From: Lytechinus pictus
Lineage: Eukaryota
Direction of reading: 5' to 3'
Length of the DNA stretch: 64,000 nt
Assembly: GCF_037042905.1 (NCBI RefSeq)
Contig: NC_087251.1
Location: forward strand, 19,158,001-19,222,000
Made by a program: the position numbers and the translations under genes. The notes beneath the pieces were generated by a model. That model was not told the origin of the DNA, searched no databases, and saw only the letters and a program-made list of their open reading frames with translations. This document shows positions 26,201 through 38,825 of the stretch, in pieces. How positions within the stretch are numbered: position 1 is the stretch's first letter; every line of letters begins with the position of its first letter.

Positions 26201-29200
26201 GCTCCTGCCCTTGTGAAATAATGACTGCATCAATCCTTTCCCTGAGGTGATGGAGTTCATTTATACCAATCTTTTCCTTTTCCTCCATCTCAAGCTGTCT
26301 TTCCTCCTCCTCCATCTTGTCCTTTTCCTCGGTAGCCTATTCCACCCAATCCTGCATCCGCTCCTCCTCAGTTTTAGCTGCTATTTCTCCCCATCTTAAA
26401 GGAGAACAACAGGTAGTTCTTGTGACTCTTCCACTTGAAACACATCATCTTCCACTTGGAACACATCATCTGAGCTCCTTCCTCTTCATCAGATTCAATA
26501 GTGATGACTCAATCTTAGCACTCCTCATAGTGTAGGATGCGCCTGATGGGGGTCCATATCAACATGGAGGTTTGTCTGACGGTACAGTAAATGAAAAGGT
26601 GCCCATGCATTTTGTCTTGGTGCCTCAGTGACAAGTGTCAGGTCGGCCCTCACATCCCGTTCCATTTGAAAAACAACTGCCTGAAGTTTAGATGAATAAA
26701 AGTTTTTTTTCTTATACATATCCACAAATATCCACTTCCATATCTTATTTCATCAGTGACCTACTTGTCAATTTCCTACAATCTTCCAAGGTAAAATTGA
26801 CCCTTTTTGCCATGGCAATTCTTAATGATCTTTCGTCTGTTTTTGCATTACTTAGCTACTCTGTATTTTGTAAATGAAGATATTCTAATCCTGCTTTGAA
26901 TACTCAAACTTATAAAATATCTTCATTACTGTTATGACATCATGCCCCTTCCCACGCTCTTCCAATGACATCATCAGTCCTCCATAGTTAATATGCAGCC
27001 TTAACACTTCTCGGTGACTACCTTGTGCATGACAGAATTAAGGGCTCTCCATATGATCATAGCAGGTGCTTTGGGAAGTCTTCAAGCCCTTGTTATCCAA
27101 TATCTCATCCTCTTTCATCTCCTCCTGCTCCTGCCCTTGTGAAATACTGACAACATCAATCTTTTCCCTGAGGTGAAGGAGTTCATTTATACTAATCTTT
27201 TCCTTTTCCTCAATCTCAGGCCGCCTTTCCTTCTCCATCTTCACCTCTTCCTCGATAGCCATTTCCTCCCAATCCTGCATCAGCTCCACCTCAGTCTTGG
27301 CTGCCATTTCCTCTACCTCTCCATCTTAGAGGTGAATAACGGGGAGTTGTGACTCCACTGGAAACACATCATTCTCCAGCTCCTCATCATCAGACTCTGT
27401 ACTGATGATCCCATTCTTGTCCTCCTTGTAGTGTAGGTTGTGCCTGATTGGGTCCACATCAGCATGGCAACTCGTCTGACGCTACAGTGAATAAAGGTGG
27501 TTTCTATGTATTTTGCCCCAATGCATCCAAGAAAGGCATTTGATGAAGCCATAGGTCCATCATGCTTCTTTCACAAAACGATGTTATGAAGTTTAGATGG
27601 AGAAAGGCAGTGTTAAATTATGCTTTGTTCTATATCAAATATATCAATAAAAAGTTTGTCATTTTTTTTCTTATTGACAGAAAAACTCACTTCCATTTTT
27701 CGTTTTTGTATGAGAGGCCTAACTATCACTTTCCTCTCTGAAATTGTGCAGCTATTCCCACCAATCTTCGTAGGTTTGATTGATCCCCCTAATCCCTGAC
27801 AAAATCTTGCAGTTGCCTTTTCTGCGTTTGCTACTGTGGTACATACATGATCCCATGTATTTTCTCCCGCGAAACGATTCACACATTCTAGTTGATGAAA
27901 CTCTTTTGAAGCTGTTTTGAAATTTCATGACTGTTATGACACCCAGCCTCTTCCAACACCTTTAACCTTTTTCCTATCAAAGTTCACATCTTCTACACAC
28001 ACACAAAAAAAGTTATATACATGTACTAAATTAATTGATTCTTTTAACAATTAAAACATACTCAAATCATGCAAGCCAATTCTCTAAAATACTCCAAAAT
28101 AAAGAAATGCAATGAGCATTCAAATTAACAACATAACATATTATGGTTTTTCTACGAATAAATAAAAACATTTCATCCAACTATATACAAAATAAAAATT
28201 ATAAAATAATAAACGTGTTCACTGCTAAAACATATTAGGGGAAGGTCAAGAAAGCTCCTGGTGATGTGTAATCTGATTTTTTCAGATGGCAAACCAAAGG
28301 ATTCATCGTTCTCGGGTACTAGCTTCATAGTGGAGAGTTCAGAGGTGATTCCTCTGAAAGCTTGATGGTTTTCATCCAGCCCTCATGGTGTTGTAGGTTG
28401 TAGTTGGTGTTTGATTTTGTATATCTAGTGTAAATACACTGAGTAGCAGACGTAACACCATAGTAGCAGTAGTAGTAGTAGTAGTAGTAGTAATAATAGT
28501 TGTAGTAGTAGTAGTAGGTGGCTATTACACAAGTGGTACTGCATCCTGTTTATACAACCTTGGCTCCTTTCCTTTAGGTCATGCAATCAATTACTGTGGT
28601 CCAATTATAAGGTGAGAACTACAATATCCATGCAATCTAACTGATACACACATACACACGCCAACGCAGACAGACAGACCTACAATTGTTTCAGGAAGCT
28701 ATGTGGTTGATACAATGTACTCAGGTCTCTGTCCCAGACGGCCCACTCCCTCTATCATCCAAACAAAAAGATGAGTTTCTAGATTACAGAAGTCAATGGA
28801 ACAATGCCTCACTTTTATAAATATTTGTATCCCCATTGTTTACCGGGAGTCACCAGGATTATGTAAATAATTATTTAACTCCTTCTATAGGACAATTCTA
28901 TGCTGCTGCTATGAAAAAACAAATATCAGATATTACATGTTATAAAGTACAAGTAAATGAGCCTTGTGATATCATCAGCTCCTTCATTTTCATACAGACC
29001 ATATGTACTTATCACTGTTTAGTAAAACTAAGCACAAATTGGAAATGTTATGAAATTTCAAGTGTTATTCTTATTTGAATGATTGAATCTTCTCTATCCA
29101 TTATTTTTTTGTTGAGCTGAACTTCATCTTTGAATTAACATGTACTTGTCATTGATTTCTAGTTTCTTGAAATGCCTAATTGGCTAAGAATAAGGTTGAT

Positions 29201-32200
29201 TAAGAAAGGTATTGGAAAATTAAAAACCTTCAAATGTTCCACATACCTTGATGCCATTTGCCCACCATACCGGTATGATAACCCTGTTCCTTGAGCATTT
29301 CAGCTATGGTCGTCTCTGATTTGGGTAGGCCATAGCTTGTAGACATCTCAAACACCCTGGCCGGTCCATAGAGTCCAACACGCACTGGTAAGCGTCCTGA
29401 AGAGATCAAATAAAATGGATGTTAACAGACATTTGGGTAAATCATTACATTTTAATCTCAATGTACCAATTATGAATGTAGTAGTAATGCATTGTTTCAT
29501 GTACTTATCAATTATCCAATATGTTAAAAGATATTTGAATTTGAAAGTCAGACTGCAAACCAATTTGTATGTTTATGCATGATAATTTAACATTGAATTG
29601 AACAGAAATGACATAGACCAGGAAGGGGGAGACCGTTTCATAATAATGAAAGGAAAGGTAATGGAGGGCTTTAATAATAATATATGTGATTTTTAATGCG
29701 CCAAATCCACTCGGCAGAGTGCCCAAGGCGCAGTGAAAGAAGAAAGAAAGAAAGAGAAAAAGTACAAATATAATAGTAATAGATTCAGGAACAATTAAGA
29801 GTAAGAGGCATTGAATAGACGAGTCTTGAGGTAACGTTTAAATATATCAATGGACGTGCATTCACGGATTGTCAGGGGAAGATCGTTCCAGAGAACAGGG
29901 CCAGCGTGAGCAAAAGCCCGAACCCCCCATGTCTTAACGGATTTAGGAATAACTAGGGAACCAGAGTTGGATGAACGTGGGGACCTGACTGGAGTGTATT
30001 TGCTGATTAGATTAATATTGTACTGTGGAGCAGAGCCATTAATTGCATGGAATACAAGGAGAAGGATTTTGAAGATGATGCGATCGTTAACCTTTAACCA
30101 ATGAAGAGATTTCAGAATGGGTGTGATATGAACATGTTTTTTAGATAGGGTGACCAAACGTGCTGCAGCGTTCTTTACAACATTTGGTTTCAATATAAAC
30201 AACTATACCCTCATAATGATGTCAGATTTTGTTAAAGCAATGAAAAAAAAACACTTTGGACTTTGGCATTTCACATTCATAACTTAAAAACAGTTGTAAT
30301 GTATTTGAAAGAGTGAGTCTGGAATTAAGTGGTGAAGGCAATTGGAGAAATAAAAATAGAAAGTCTACTGGACTCTTAAAATTGAGTGTTGAGATGGTTA
30401 TTATGAGTAAAGAGATAAGAATTGGTGTGATAATGGAGTTTCTATGCCAGAGAGTTAGATTGAAATAAGAGGAATGCTGGATGAGTGAGGAGTGAGTGTG
30501 GTGGTACCAGTGAATGCAATGAGTTAATCCTAGAGGGGTGTAAAGTTATTGGAGAGGCAATTAAAAGTGTGGAGAAGATACTAAAGAATAGATTTTGGAA
30601 AAAAGTGAAAATGGATGAGATGCAACTTGGTGTGTCCAGTGAAAAAAACGATAGATGCTGAGTGATGTGAGACAGCTGTAACAGCTTAACCAAGTTTTGG
30701 GTGGATGAAGTTTAGGGAATGTGTAGAGTACTGAAGTTATAGGTTTTTTTTTTCTTTGAAGATGAAAGGAATGGTGCATAAGAGTTGTAGGAGATTAGTC
30801 ATGCTGTATGAGATAGAGACATGATGATTGAGGGAAAAGATGGGGATTTCAAGCAAAGGCAAATGGACAAAGTTGAAATAAGGGAAAAAATACACGGGGA
30901 GGGGGGGGGGGGGAGGAATTAGCCCTGGTAATGCTCAGAAGATCCCTGGAAACTAAAAAAACAATGAGCCCTAGAAATCTCTATTCATTGCAATGTTAAT
31001 GATTATCCAATGTTGAAGATTTAGGCAATAAAAAAATATTGCCTGGCTGACATGGTCATGTTCTAAGGATGTTTTAAGAAGGGCTTTGAGTTTGAGGTGG
31101 ATGGTTCGAGAAGGAGACGACCAATGAAGTCATGGAAGAACAAGTGGAGGAAGAGAGAAGGAGGGTTTGGTTGAGGATGGAGGATGCACTGAATCCTGCA
31201 AAGTGGAATGAAGAGGTAAGGATAATTGAGTGAGGTGAAGTTAGCCATCCCATTCTTCTGAGACAACCGGATTGAAAACTTCTTACTACTTTATGAAACA
31301 CCCCAACACTGTCTCTGGTCATAGGAGGCTAAAAAGAACCAACGTTCTTGGTTTAAAGTTCATCCAACCCCTTATAGATTTCAAAATGTACACCTACTAC
31401 ACCTACATGTACATAATTTGATGGCAATAAGAATATATCAATAAGGTATCCAAAATAACTTTCCAAACACATTGTAAATATTGTGATTGTTTTGAGATTG
31501 ACTTTATTCACCAATAAAAACACAAATAAAAAAATCCAAACATATTGATTGTAACAAATAAAGTTTTGGTCAGCCATAATTTGGTTGGTTTTACCTGACT
31601 TATAAAAACTAATTGATTAAACAGCCAGATGACTAATCTCTCTAATCTCTAAATAACTATTAAAACCCGATGCTTTACAAAGGCTAGAGCACTGGTGAAC
31701 AGAATTAGTTTGAAACTAGCTCACCACTAAATGGGCCCAATAACATGAAACCATTCTATTGATAGTGTATCAGGACCTAAAAATAAGAACAACAAGAGAT
31801 CACTGCTTTCAAAGCCATCAGATTCACTTTGGATCAACAAAAGATGAGAGATAGGGGAAGGATTGACAACTGAAAAGTATTTTGTGCACAAGAGATTTTA
31901 TCTAGTTTTGAAATGAACAATGATAGTCAAAAGATAAAAGATGAGAATAGCACAAAATGAAATCACCTGTTAGCATGGCGCCTCTACTAGGACTACACAA
32001 TATATCTGGACTGTACCATCGACTGAACTTCATGCCTTCTCGGGCCATCTGGTCAATAGGACCAGATTCTTGACTAGGATGACCATAGGATTCAAGATCT
32101 CCATATCTGTAGAAAAATGCATTGAATTCACGAATTCATCACAAATTTCAATATTCAAGAATGCTATCCACACTTGTATGGCAGTCATCACAAATCTTAT

Positions 32201-33033
32201 TTAAATAGCCATAGGAGAGTTATGGTATATCATTTGTAAACATAACTTGCTCTTGCTAAAAATCTCTTATAATGAAAGATAACAAAAAAGAGGAGAAACA
32301 TATGGTAAAATGCCAGAGATTCATCACATGGACCATAAAAATTGCCATGAGCAGTTAGTAATTTTCTGACATTATTTTTCTGTATTAATGTTCATATTAC
32401 TGTAACTTAGCATTTATTTTAAAGATAAATTCCAGTTGTGGGGACGATCTCAAAATGACTTTTTACAGAATTTAATATAATGATCACCAAAGTGTCTGTT
32501 TGTATAAATAAAAAATATGCGCCAAAGGATTCTGGAAGAAATTGTCTAATTGCTGAGAAATAAGCAAAATAAGCGCGGATTCTGTCACTTCCGTCGGGTC
32601 TTTATTCCAGCAATAATAATACACTGTCCCACGTGTGCCTATCTGTGTTGGCGATCTTCAGTGTGATCGTTTTTTAGCTTAGATATTATGATTTCACAAA
32701 GTTCAGTTTATGTAACTGTACCAGATCTAGATCCACGATGATATAGTAATATTTACTTAACCTTGGTTTTACAGACTTTCTCACGAAATCAGTATTTTAC
32801 TGCAACTACTGTCATTTAGCTTTAAAGTCTCTCCTTTTCGACATTTTTCTTAACTGTCACATATATATAGATGTACATGTAAATCTGCTTACCTACCCCA
32901 TATCATCTGCAAGAAAGAGCACTATATTTGGTCTATCAAGAGGATCTCTCACTGTATCTGCCATGATACACCATCCAGTACAAGAGATAATGACAATGGC
33001 AGAATACCATGATCTCAGCAGTGTCATCCTCAT
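17213..33033 (-). CDS. Ars: Arylsulfatase, echinoid Ars-like (formylglycine-dependent sulfatase, ~525 aa, secreted or lysosomal)
   Basis: Exons (-): 33033-32897 (signal peptide + [13 protein letters not shown]), 32106-31967 (YGDL...[12 protein letters not shown]), 29396-29247 (RLPVRVG...[13 protein letters not shown]), 20185-20073 ([23 protein letters not shown]), 19323-19101 (QQPL...[12 protein letters not shown]), 18621-18457 (RYGD...SDHGP), 17862-17213 ([12 protein letters not shown]...[12 protein letters not shown]). GT-AG throughout; total 1578 nt, in frame. Could be a paralog rather than the ortholog of the studied Ars. Confidence 0.93.
20850..24010 (+). pseudogene. Decayed exon-like segments of unknown origin inside arylsulfatase intron 3
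   Basis: Coding-like blocks with splice-like borders (21420-21726 ending GTAAG; 22863-23240 after (T)nCTCCAG, ending GTGAGT; 23439-23697 after CTTCAG, ending GTAAGT) between AT-rich spacers; all frames broken; AATAAA near 24007. Confidence 0.35.
24600..28390 (-). pseudogene. Decayed gene encoding an acidic repeat protein built from ~3.3 diverged ~1-kb units
   Basis: Recurring peptides (HxDxDPIRxxLHY, SxESDx[25 protein letters not shown]) in three units; many stops and frameshifts; candidate CAACACC-ATG at 28386. Confidence 0.55.
24840..27960. repeat. Diverged tandem repeat, unit ~0.9-1.1 kb, three copies plus a partial
   Basis: Landmarks GAATTAAGGGC (~24951, 26101, 27035), GGGTCCAYATCARCATGG (~25474, 26549, 27450), AAGTTTAGATG (~25609, 26684, 27589). 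Confidence 0.9.
28460..28517. repeat. (TAG)n microsatellite
   Basis: Directly visible. Confidence 0.9.
29670..30172 (-). mobile_element. L2-group LINE 3' fragment
   Basis: NAAARLVT...[25 protein letters not shown]...[15 protein letters not shown]...[10 protein letters not shown], then a short 3'UTR and (TAT)n tail. Confidence 0.88.
31040..31285 (+). mobile_element. RTE-clade LINE 3' end, decayed
   Basis: Broken frame [34 protein letters not shown], followed by a GGTGAAG..GCCA..C..ACAACCGGATT tail of the RTE type. Confidence 0.55.
32419..32825. mobile_element. TTAA-flanked MITE (second Kolobok-like family)
   Basis: TTAA-AGATAAATTCCAGTTGTGG ... CAACTACTGTCATTTAGCT-TTAA imperfect TIRs. Confidence 0.65.
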
Positions 33034-33199
33034 CTCAGCTCATAACTAGGGGGGGGGGGGTAAGGATAGAAAGAGAAAGAGAGAGACAAGGTGAAACAAG
33101 GAGAAAGGTGAGGCAGGGAGGAAGTCATTGGGAGAGAGAGAGAGAGAGAAAGAAAGACAGAAAGAGAGAGCAATAAACAATTAGATGTACACAAAATGG

Positions 33200-34560
33200 C
33201 TCTATACAATTTCTATTTCTGTTAAAAAGTATTTGTGAATGGATATTTGCCAATAGGCTCTCTCTTAATCTTGATAAAACAAATTTTATGTTATTTAGTA
33301 ACTCTATTACAACTTTACCTGACAATATTTTATTAAATGATGTCCAGATCAGTAGGGTAAAATCAACTAAGTTCTTGGGACTTTTTATTGATGATAAAAT
33401 GACCTGGAAAATTCATACAAACCACATTTGCTCAATTTTATCTAGAAATACTGGTATAATGTATAAACTTAAATCAATGTTTCCACCCCATATTATGCAA
33501 ATGTTATATTCTACTTTATTACTCCCGTATTCAAACTATGGCATTCCTGCCTGGGGAAATTCTAGTAAGCTTCAACTTGATAAAATTTTGGTTATCCAAA
33601 AGAGAGCAATTCGTATAATTTCCAATGCCCATATACAGGCTCATACAGGTCCTCTCTTTTTAGAAAAGGGTGTTTTAAGAGTTTCTGATATTTTCTATCT
33701 GCAGTTGGGTTTCAATTGAACAATAATGACTTGCCTCTGGCACTTAATTATATGTTCATAAAAAACAACCAGTTGCATGACTATCCAACATGCCAAGCAT
33801 TTTCATTTCATCTTCCAAAAACCAGAACAAAATTTGCCCACAATACTATTATTTATTCAGGTCCCAAATATTGGAATTCTCTCAATCTTGATATAAAAAG
33901 ATCTGTTAGATTAACTGCATTTAAAAGAAAATTGAAAACGTCTCTTTTGAGACAATATTACTTCTCGTAGAACCCAACTGTACGCTTTAAATACACAATA
34001 TATATTTTATCTATTTGTACTCATTTGTGTATTACTTTTAGGACGGTCGGAGAGCGGATTGGGCACCTGGTAGTTAGGGAAACTCTTTCATCAACCACAT
34101 ACCTCTTCTGAGTTTTGCTTCCTTTGATACTTTTTCTCACCTAGCAACTATCAAGATTTCTTCTTTTCCTCGTCTGCCAGGTGCTCCCATCCCCTCACTA
34201 TGTCCGTATGTTTGTCATTGTAAATAAATTACATGTATTCATATTAACAGCTGCAGATACCCTTACAAAGGACCCGTCTACTATTTTCTATTTCATTGGC
34301 ATACGACCAATTCTGTCAAAATATTTAATGTCATCCTTAAACGTCGCAGTCGTGAACAGCAATATAATTGACTGGTCTTCTTTCCTTTTTTCTTTCTTTT
34401 ATGTCTTGCTTTGTCTTCCTTGTCTTGTCTATTAACCTGTGTGTCCCTGTTCTTTGTAACATTCTTTGTTTTCGTCCTTGTCCAGTTCTGTAACTTTCTC
34501 CGAGCTCTGCTCTATTTTTTCTGTAACTATTTTAGCTATCAATGATTACACATTAATTAC
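33200..34560 (+). mobile_element. 5'-truncated CR1/L2-group (Crack-like) LINE fragment with 3'UTR
   Basis: LSLNLDKTNFMLF...KFLGLFIDDKMTWKIH...YGIPAWG...QKRAIRII...GPKYWNSL...FKRKLK; frameshift near 33716; 3' boundary approximate. Confidence 0.85.
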
Positions 34561-34569
34561 TTGTTAAGG

Positions 34570-35660
34570 GCCTATCAGTCAGACCACAGGTCCCTATGCT
34601 AATGAGCAAAAAGGCCAGATTCATCCAAATCATCTCGTGGCTGAATCCTCCTCCTTGCAAAATCTTGTGATTCGTGAGATTTTCTTTCTCTAAGAATTTA
34701 CCTGTTTTAACCTCAAGTTAGATGAAATATTATTGCACCATCAGATAGAGTAAATGTTACTCTTTCATATTGGTCATTTATTTTGTATACAATATTTTGT
34801 TAAATAAGTAAATTTCTGGCCTGAAAATGTGCCTCAAAACTGAATTTTCTTCCTCTGTTATCTTTTGCAAATTGTGCAAAACTTTTTAGTTTGAGCCTCA
34901 ATGATATCTATATCACCATAAAGCTGAACTTCTGTACTTTCTCACAATGCCACTCTTGATATGTGGCACCTTTTAATCGGGTCAAGATCACACTTTTCCC
35001 ACCAAGGTACAAAACGAGATTTCTGAAATTTCGTACTTGCATGAAATCCAGAGTTATGATTGGCTGGATAAGGTTCACAGAACAGGCGCGGGGTATTTGA
35101 GGAGATTACCACATGGGAAGTGTGACCTTCCCATGAACCCAGGCACTGGAACCGTTGGAATTTGCCAGTGTGTGGTCTCTTTGACCTATCAGAGTGCAGT
35201 ATTCTTGTTTCAAGCTGCTTTATGTACTTGGCAAATGAAAAGTGTGATCTTGACCCGATTAAACCAATTCTTATTTTGAAACCTATATCATTTTAAAGCA
35301 TACATATTCAGCTTTATCATGATCTAAAAATCATTTGGGCTCAAACAAAAATAAAGTGTGAAAATAGCAGCTTTTGTCAGGTGAAAATAATTATTTTGTA
35401 GCATATTTTAGATCAGAATTTTGACCTATATTACAAAATCTTTGAATAAATTCAAACACATGACCTGAAAGAATGATTCTTCTTCTTTACAATGATACCA
35501 AATTCATGAAATTCGATGCACAAATAGAGCAGCAATGACCGAATGAAAAGAGGTGTTTTGGTCCGCATCAAGCTCATTAAATATGCAAAACATCTCAAGT
35601 CATGAATATCACTTGGATGAAAGAAGCCATTTTCTTGGGACCTGCTGTCTGACTGATACC
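34570..35660. mobile_element. ~1.1-kb DNA transposon relic with terminal and internal inverted repeats
   Basis: TATCAGTCAGACCACAGGTCCC / GGGACCTGCTGTCTGACTGATA ends; inner pair ATCGGGTCAAGATCACACTTTT (~34977) / AAAAGTGTGATCTTGACCCGAT (~35238). Confidence 0.75.
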
Positions 35661-36574
35661 AATCTATATGAAGTCCATTTGGAGACTTATTTGAGCATTC
35701 CCCTCTGTTCCTCATCTTTTCTTGCTCTTGACGTCGCGCGGCTTGTCGAACGACAACATCAATTTTTGGCCTAAAGAGGGCGCGCGATTTATATTCATAT
35801 CAAAGACATGACAAGGGAAAGGCTAGGCACCTAAACTATTTTACACACAAATCGACGCAAAGCATTACACGAAGTCCGTGAAGTGTACAATCTTTTCATC
35901 GTATAGACTTCGGTAGACCGTATTATTGACGTTCGTTAAAGCTTGTACTGCTGGTTTCGTTCCAGGTACGTAGATTTTTTCTATTTTTTTTTATTAGTCA
36001 TCGTTTTAAATTATTTGCAAAAAAGTGTTATAATCGCCAATAATAATCTTGAATTATGTTTATGAAGGTATTCCATTTATTGGTGCCCATAATTAGTCAA
36101 GTAATCATAAGACTTGCGCATTCAAAGTATTTAGACACACTCAAAAATTACCGGGGAGCTGAATCAAGGTTGTGAAATTTATTAGCGCCACCAACGGGCT
36201 TCCTTATAAAAAAAAGTTATATTTCCGTAAAAGAGACATGCGAAGTCACTTTCCAGGCCGAGGTAAGCGATTTCGAATTTCAATATTATAAAAATTATGA
36301 TTGTAAATTTGTATTGCTACTTACTTAGCGGAAAGAGCCCAAATGAGCACTCCTAGTACCAATGAGGTCCAAACATTAGCATGTATGGACCTCATAGGCG
36401 ACAATGCGTTAAAAACAGGTTAGAACTTCTAACCGTACTGTTTCCTGCACCCAAGTATGATATTACTCCCAAAATATGAGTTTTGTCCTCGTTTGTTTAT
36501 CATTTATTAAAAGATTGCCCATTAAATATATTCCTATTCCTAATTTGAATTTAATAAAATAAAGGGAAACTTAC

Positions 36575-36690
36575 ATTTGAGTCATTTTTCGATCTTTTTT
36601 TGGCAGTCAGTCCGGTCACCGTCGAGTGCGATCAAAGCGGTATGAAGCTGATTTTCAGATCACGTGATACGTGTGGTCATCACCTGATCA
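36575..36690 (-). promoter_or_regulatory. Candidate arylsulfatase promoter and non-coding first exon with CLEAR-like E-box
   Basis: The ATG exon has an acceptor at 33045, so an upstream exon is needed; - strand GTAAG donor at 36574-36570; CpG-rich; ATCACGTGAT at 36659-36668 and ATCACCTGAT at 36679-36688. Confidence 0.55.
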
Positions 36691-38825
36691 ATCGACTATC
36701 CTTTTTTAAAGACCGCAACAATTATAAATTTTATTATAAAATATATATAGAATAAATTATTGCATAATATTATGTATATTTCTACAATTAAAAAATATTT
36801 TGTGATATAAATTTAATATTTGACGTAAAAATCGCTATTGAACAAAATATTTATTAAAAAATAAAAAATCAAACAAAATAAAAAAGCCTTGGACACAGTG
36901 CAAAAAACCTAACGATTTGGCCGCGTTGTTAACAACTATCGTAAGGGGCGCTTTATTTATAAATAAAAAAAAATGTACAGCTGTCTACCGCGACGTGGTT
37001 TGTCGCAAGATTTGGGACAAATCCGTGGGAATTCTGGAGAAAATACATCAAAAGAACTGGTGAGTACCGTTTAAACATTATCAAATTACTAAATAGATTA
37101 TACATACCTTGTAGATTTAGTTTTTAAGGTGATATTAGTGCTTAGTTCTAAGCTAGGGAGGCCCAAACGCGCGTGAGCGGAGTCCCACTTTATTAACACG
37201 GGTAAGTATTGCGGTGTCGCCTAGAGTGCCGATGAGTAGCGGGAAGGATTCAAGGAGTTTCGGCAAATATTACTTCTGCAAGTGCAATGAAGCGATGTTT
37301 GCCGACTACTTAGAAATCCAGGGTCAAACGCAGTAGGTGTACGAGGTTAGTATACATACTAACCTCGTACTAGTGTGAGTGGATGGAGGGTATAGTCCTC
37401 GGGGTCGGGACAACTCGGACCACGGGACATCTCGGACCGCGGGCCGAGTTGTCCCACCCATTACGATATTTTTTTTTCACAAATTTGCGTCTATTTTTCC
37501 GTCATTTCGAAATTTCTTGTAAATCTTTTCTACAGATATGGTCTGATGGTAATGTTCTTCACTTTCTATTACTTTTTTTTCGCTGAAATAAATAAAAAAG
37601 TGTAATTTTAGGCGTTTTTCGACAGCTCGCGATTCCCATAGGCGCGCGTGTATTAACTGTGTAGGTGCTCGGCTCGGCCCCGCTCAACAACTGACTTGAT
37701 TTTGTGATCATTTCTCCTCAAGTTTCTTGTATTCCATTAACTCCATTTTCTCATCAAAAGGATAAAATTTGGAGTATTTGCACGATTTTCTTAAAGTTTT
37801 TCACCTTTTCTCTCTGGTCGTAAGAAGCGAACAACCGATGAACGGTCCGCTGCTCTTCATCGCAATTCTACGTAGCTCGGCCGCCTGAACTGGCGGGGTG
37901 GGATTCAGCCCGAATCCCCAATGGAAGTGGGCGTGCACTGTCAAAGAGCTGAGCTTGACTGAGTGAGAGAGTGAACTACAGCTTGAAGCTTGGCAGTGTC
38001 GTATAGGCTCTGCCTTTTTTTTTTTGTAAATATGTATATATATTTTTTCTATATTGATTTTCCCTGGTGTAGAGCTTTAAGATTGTAATAATTTAATATG
38101 CTTTAATTTCTTTGACTGAGTGTGACTGTGGTGTGGATGTTTGAGTCGCACAAAAAATACTTTTACGTGGGTGGGGGCTCGGGGCGGTTCACTCCTGCCC
38201 CCGAAATGTGAAAAATATTTGCGGTGTAGCTGTGTTGGCATGCCGGGCTGAGGGTAGCCATCAATAATTTTTTTTTTTTGGGGGGGGGGCTTAATTTTTA
38301 ATCAAATTGATAATTTTTAGGCCTATTAATTTTTTTTTTACATTTTTTTTTTTTATATTGAGTTTCCCTGGTGTAGAGAGCTGAGTTTTAATTTGCAATA
38401 ATCAATATGCTTCAATTTCTTTGACTCTTGAGTGTGACTGTGGTGTGGATTTTTGAGTTGCACAAAAAATACTTATATGTGGGTGGGGGCTCGGGGCGAT
38501 TTTACTCCTGCCCCCGAAATGTGAAAAAATATTTGGGGTGTAGCTGTGTGGGCATGCTGGGCTGTGCTGAGGGTAGCCATCAATAAAAAAAATGTTTCAT
38601 TGGGTCTTACTTTTTTAATGGAACTATAATTATTTTTAGGCCTATTTAATTTTTATATAAATTTCATTTTTATATTGAGTTTCCCTGGTGTAGAGAGCTG
38701 AGTTTTGGAGATGACGAGAGGGAGGAGGAGGTGAGGGATGGCGATGGTGAGAGGGATGAGGATCTTTGATGAGAGGGGTGCATGGAGATGGTGAGAGGGA
38801 CGAGGATGTGAGGGATGGGGATGAT

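Noticed and set aside
30300-30860. Purine-rich stretch resembling an old LINE fragment on the - strand
   Set aside because: Too decayed to recover a diagnostic motif.
37383-37586. Paired ORFs 37383+ and 43631- as duplicated genes
   Set aside because: They are translations of the two inverted transposon ends.
37407-38700. CRISPR-like or RNA-gene reading of the short and ~300-bp repeats
   Set aside because: No unique spacers or cas genes; they are sub-repeats of transposon arms in a eukaryotic genome.
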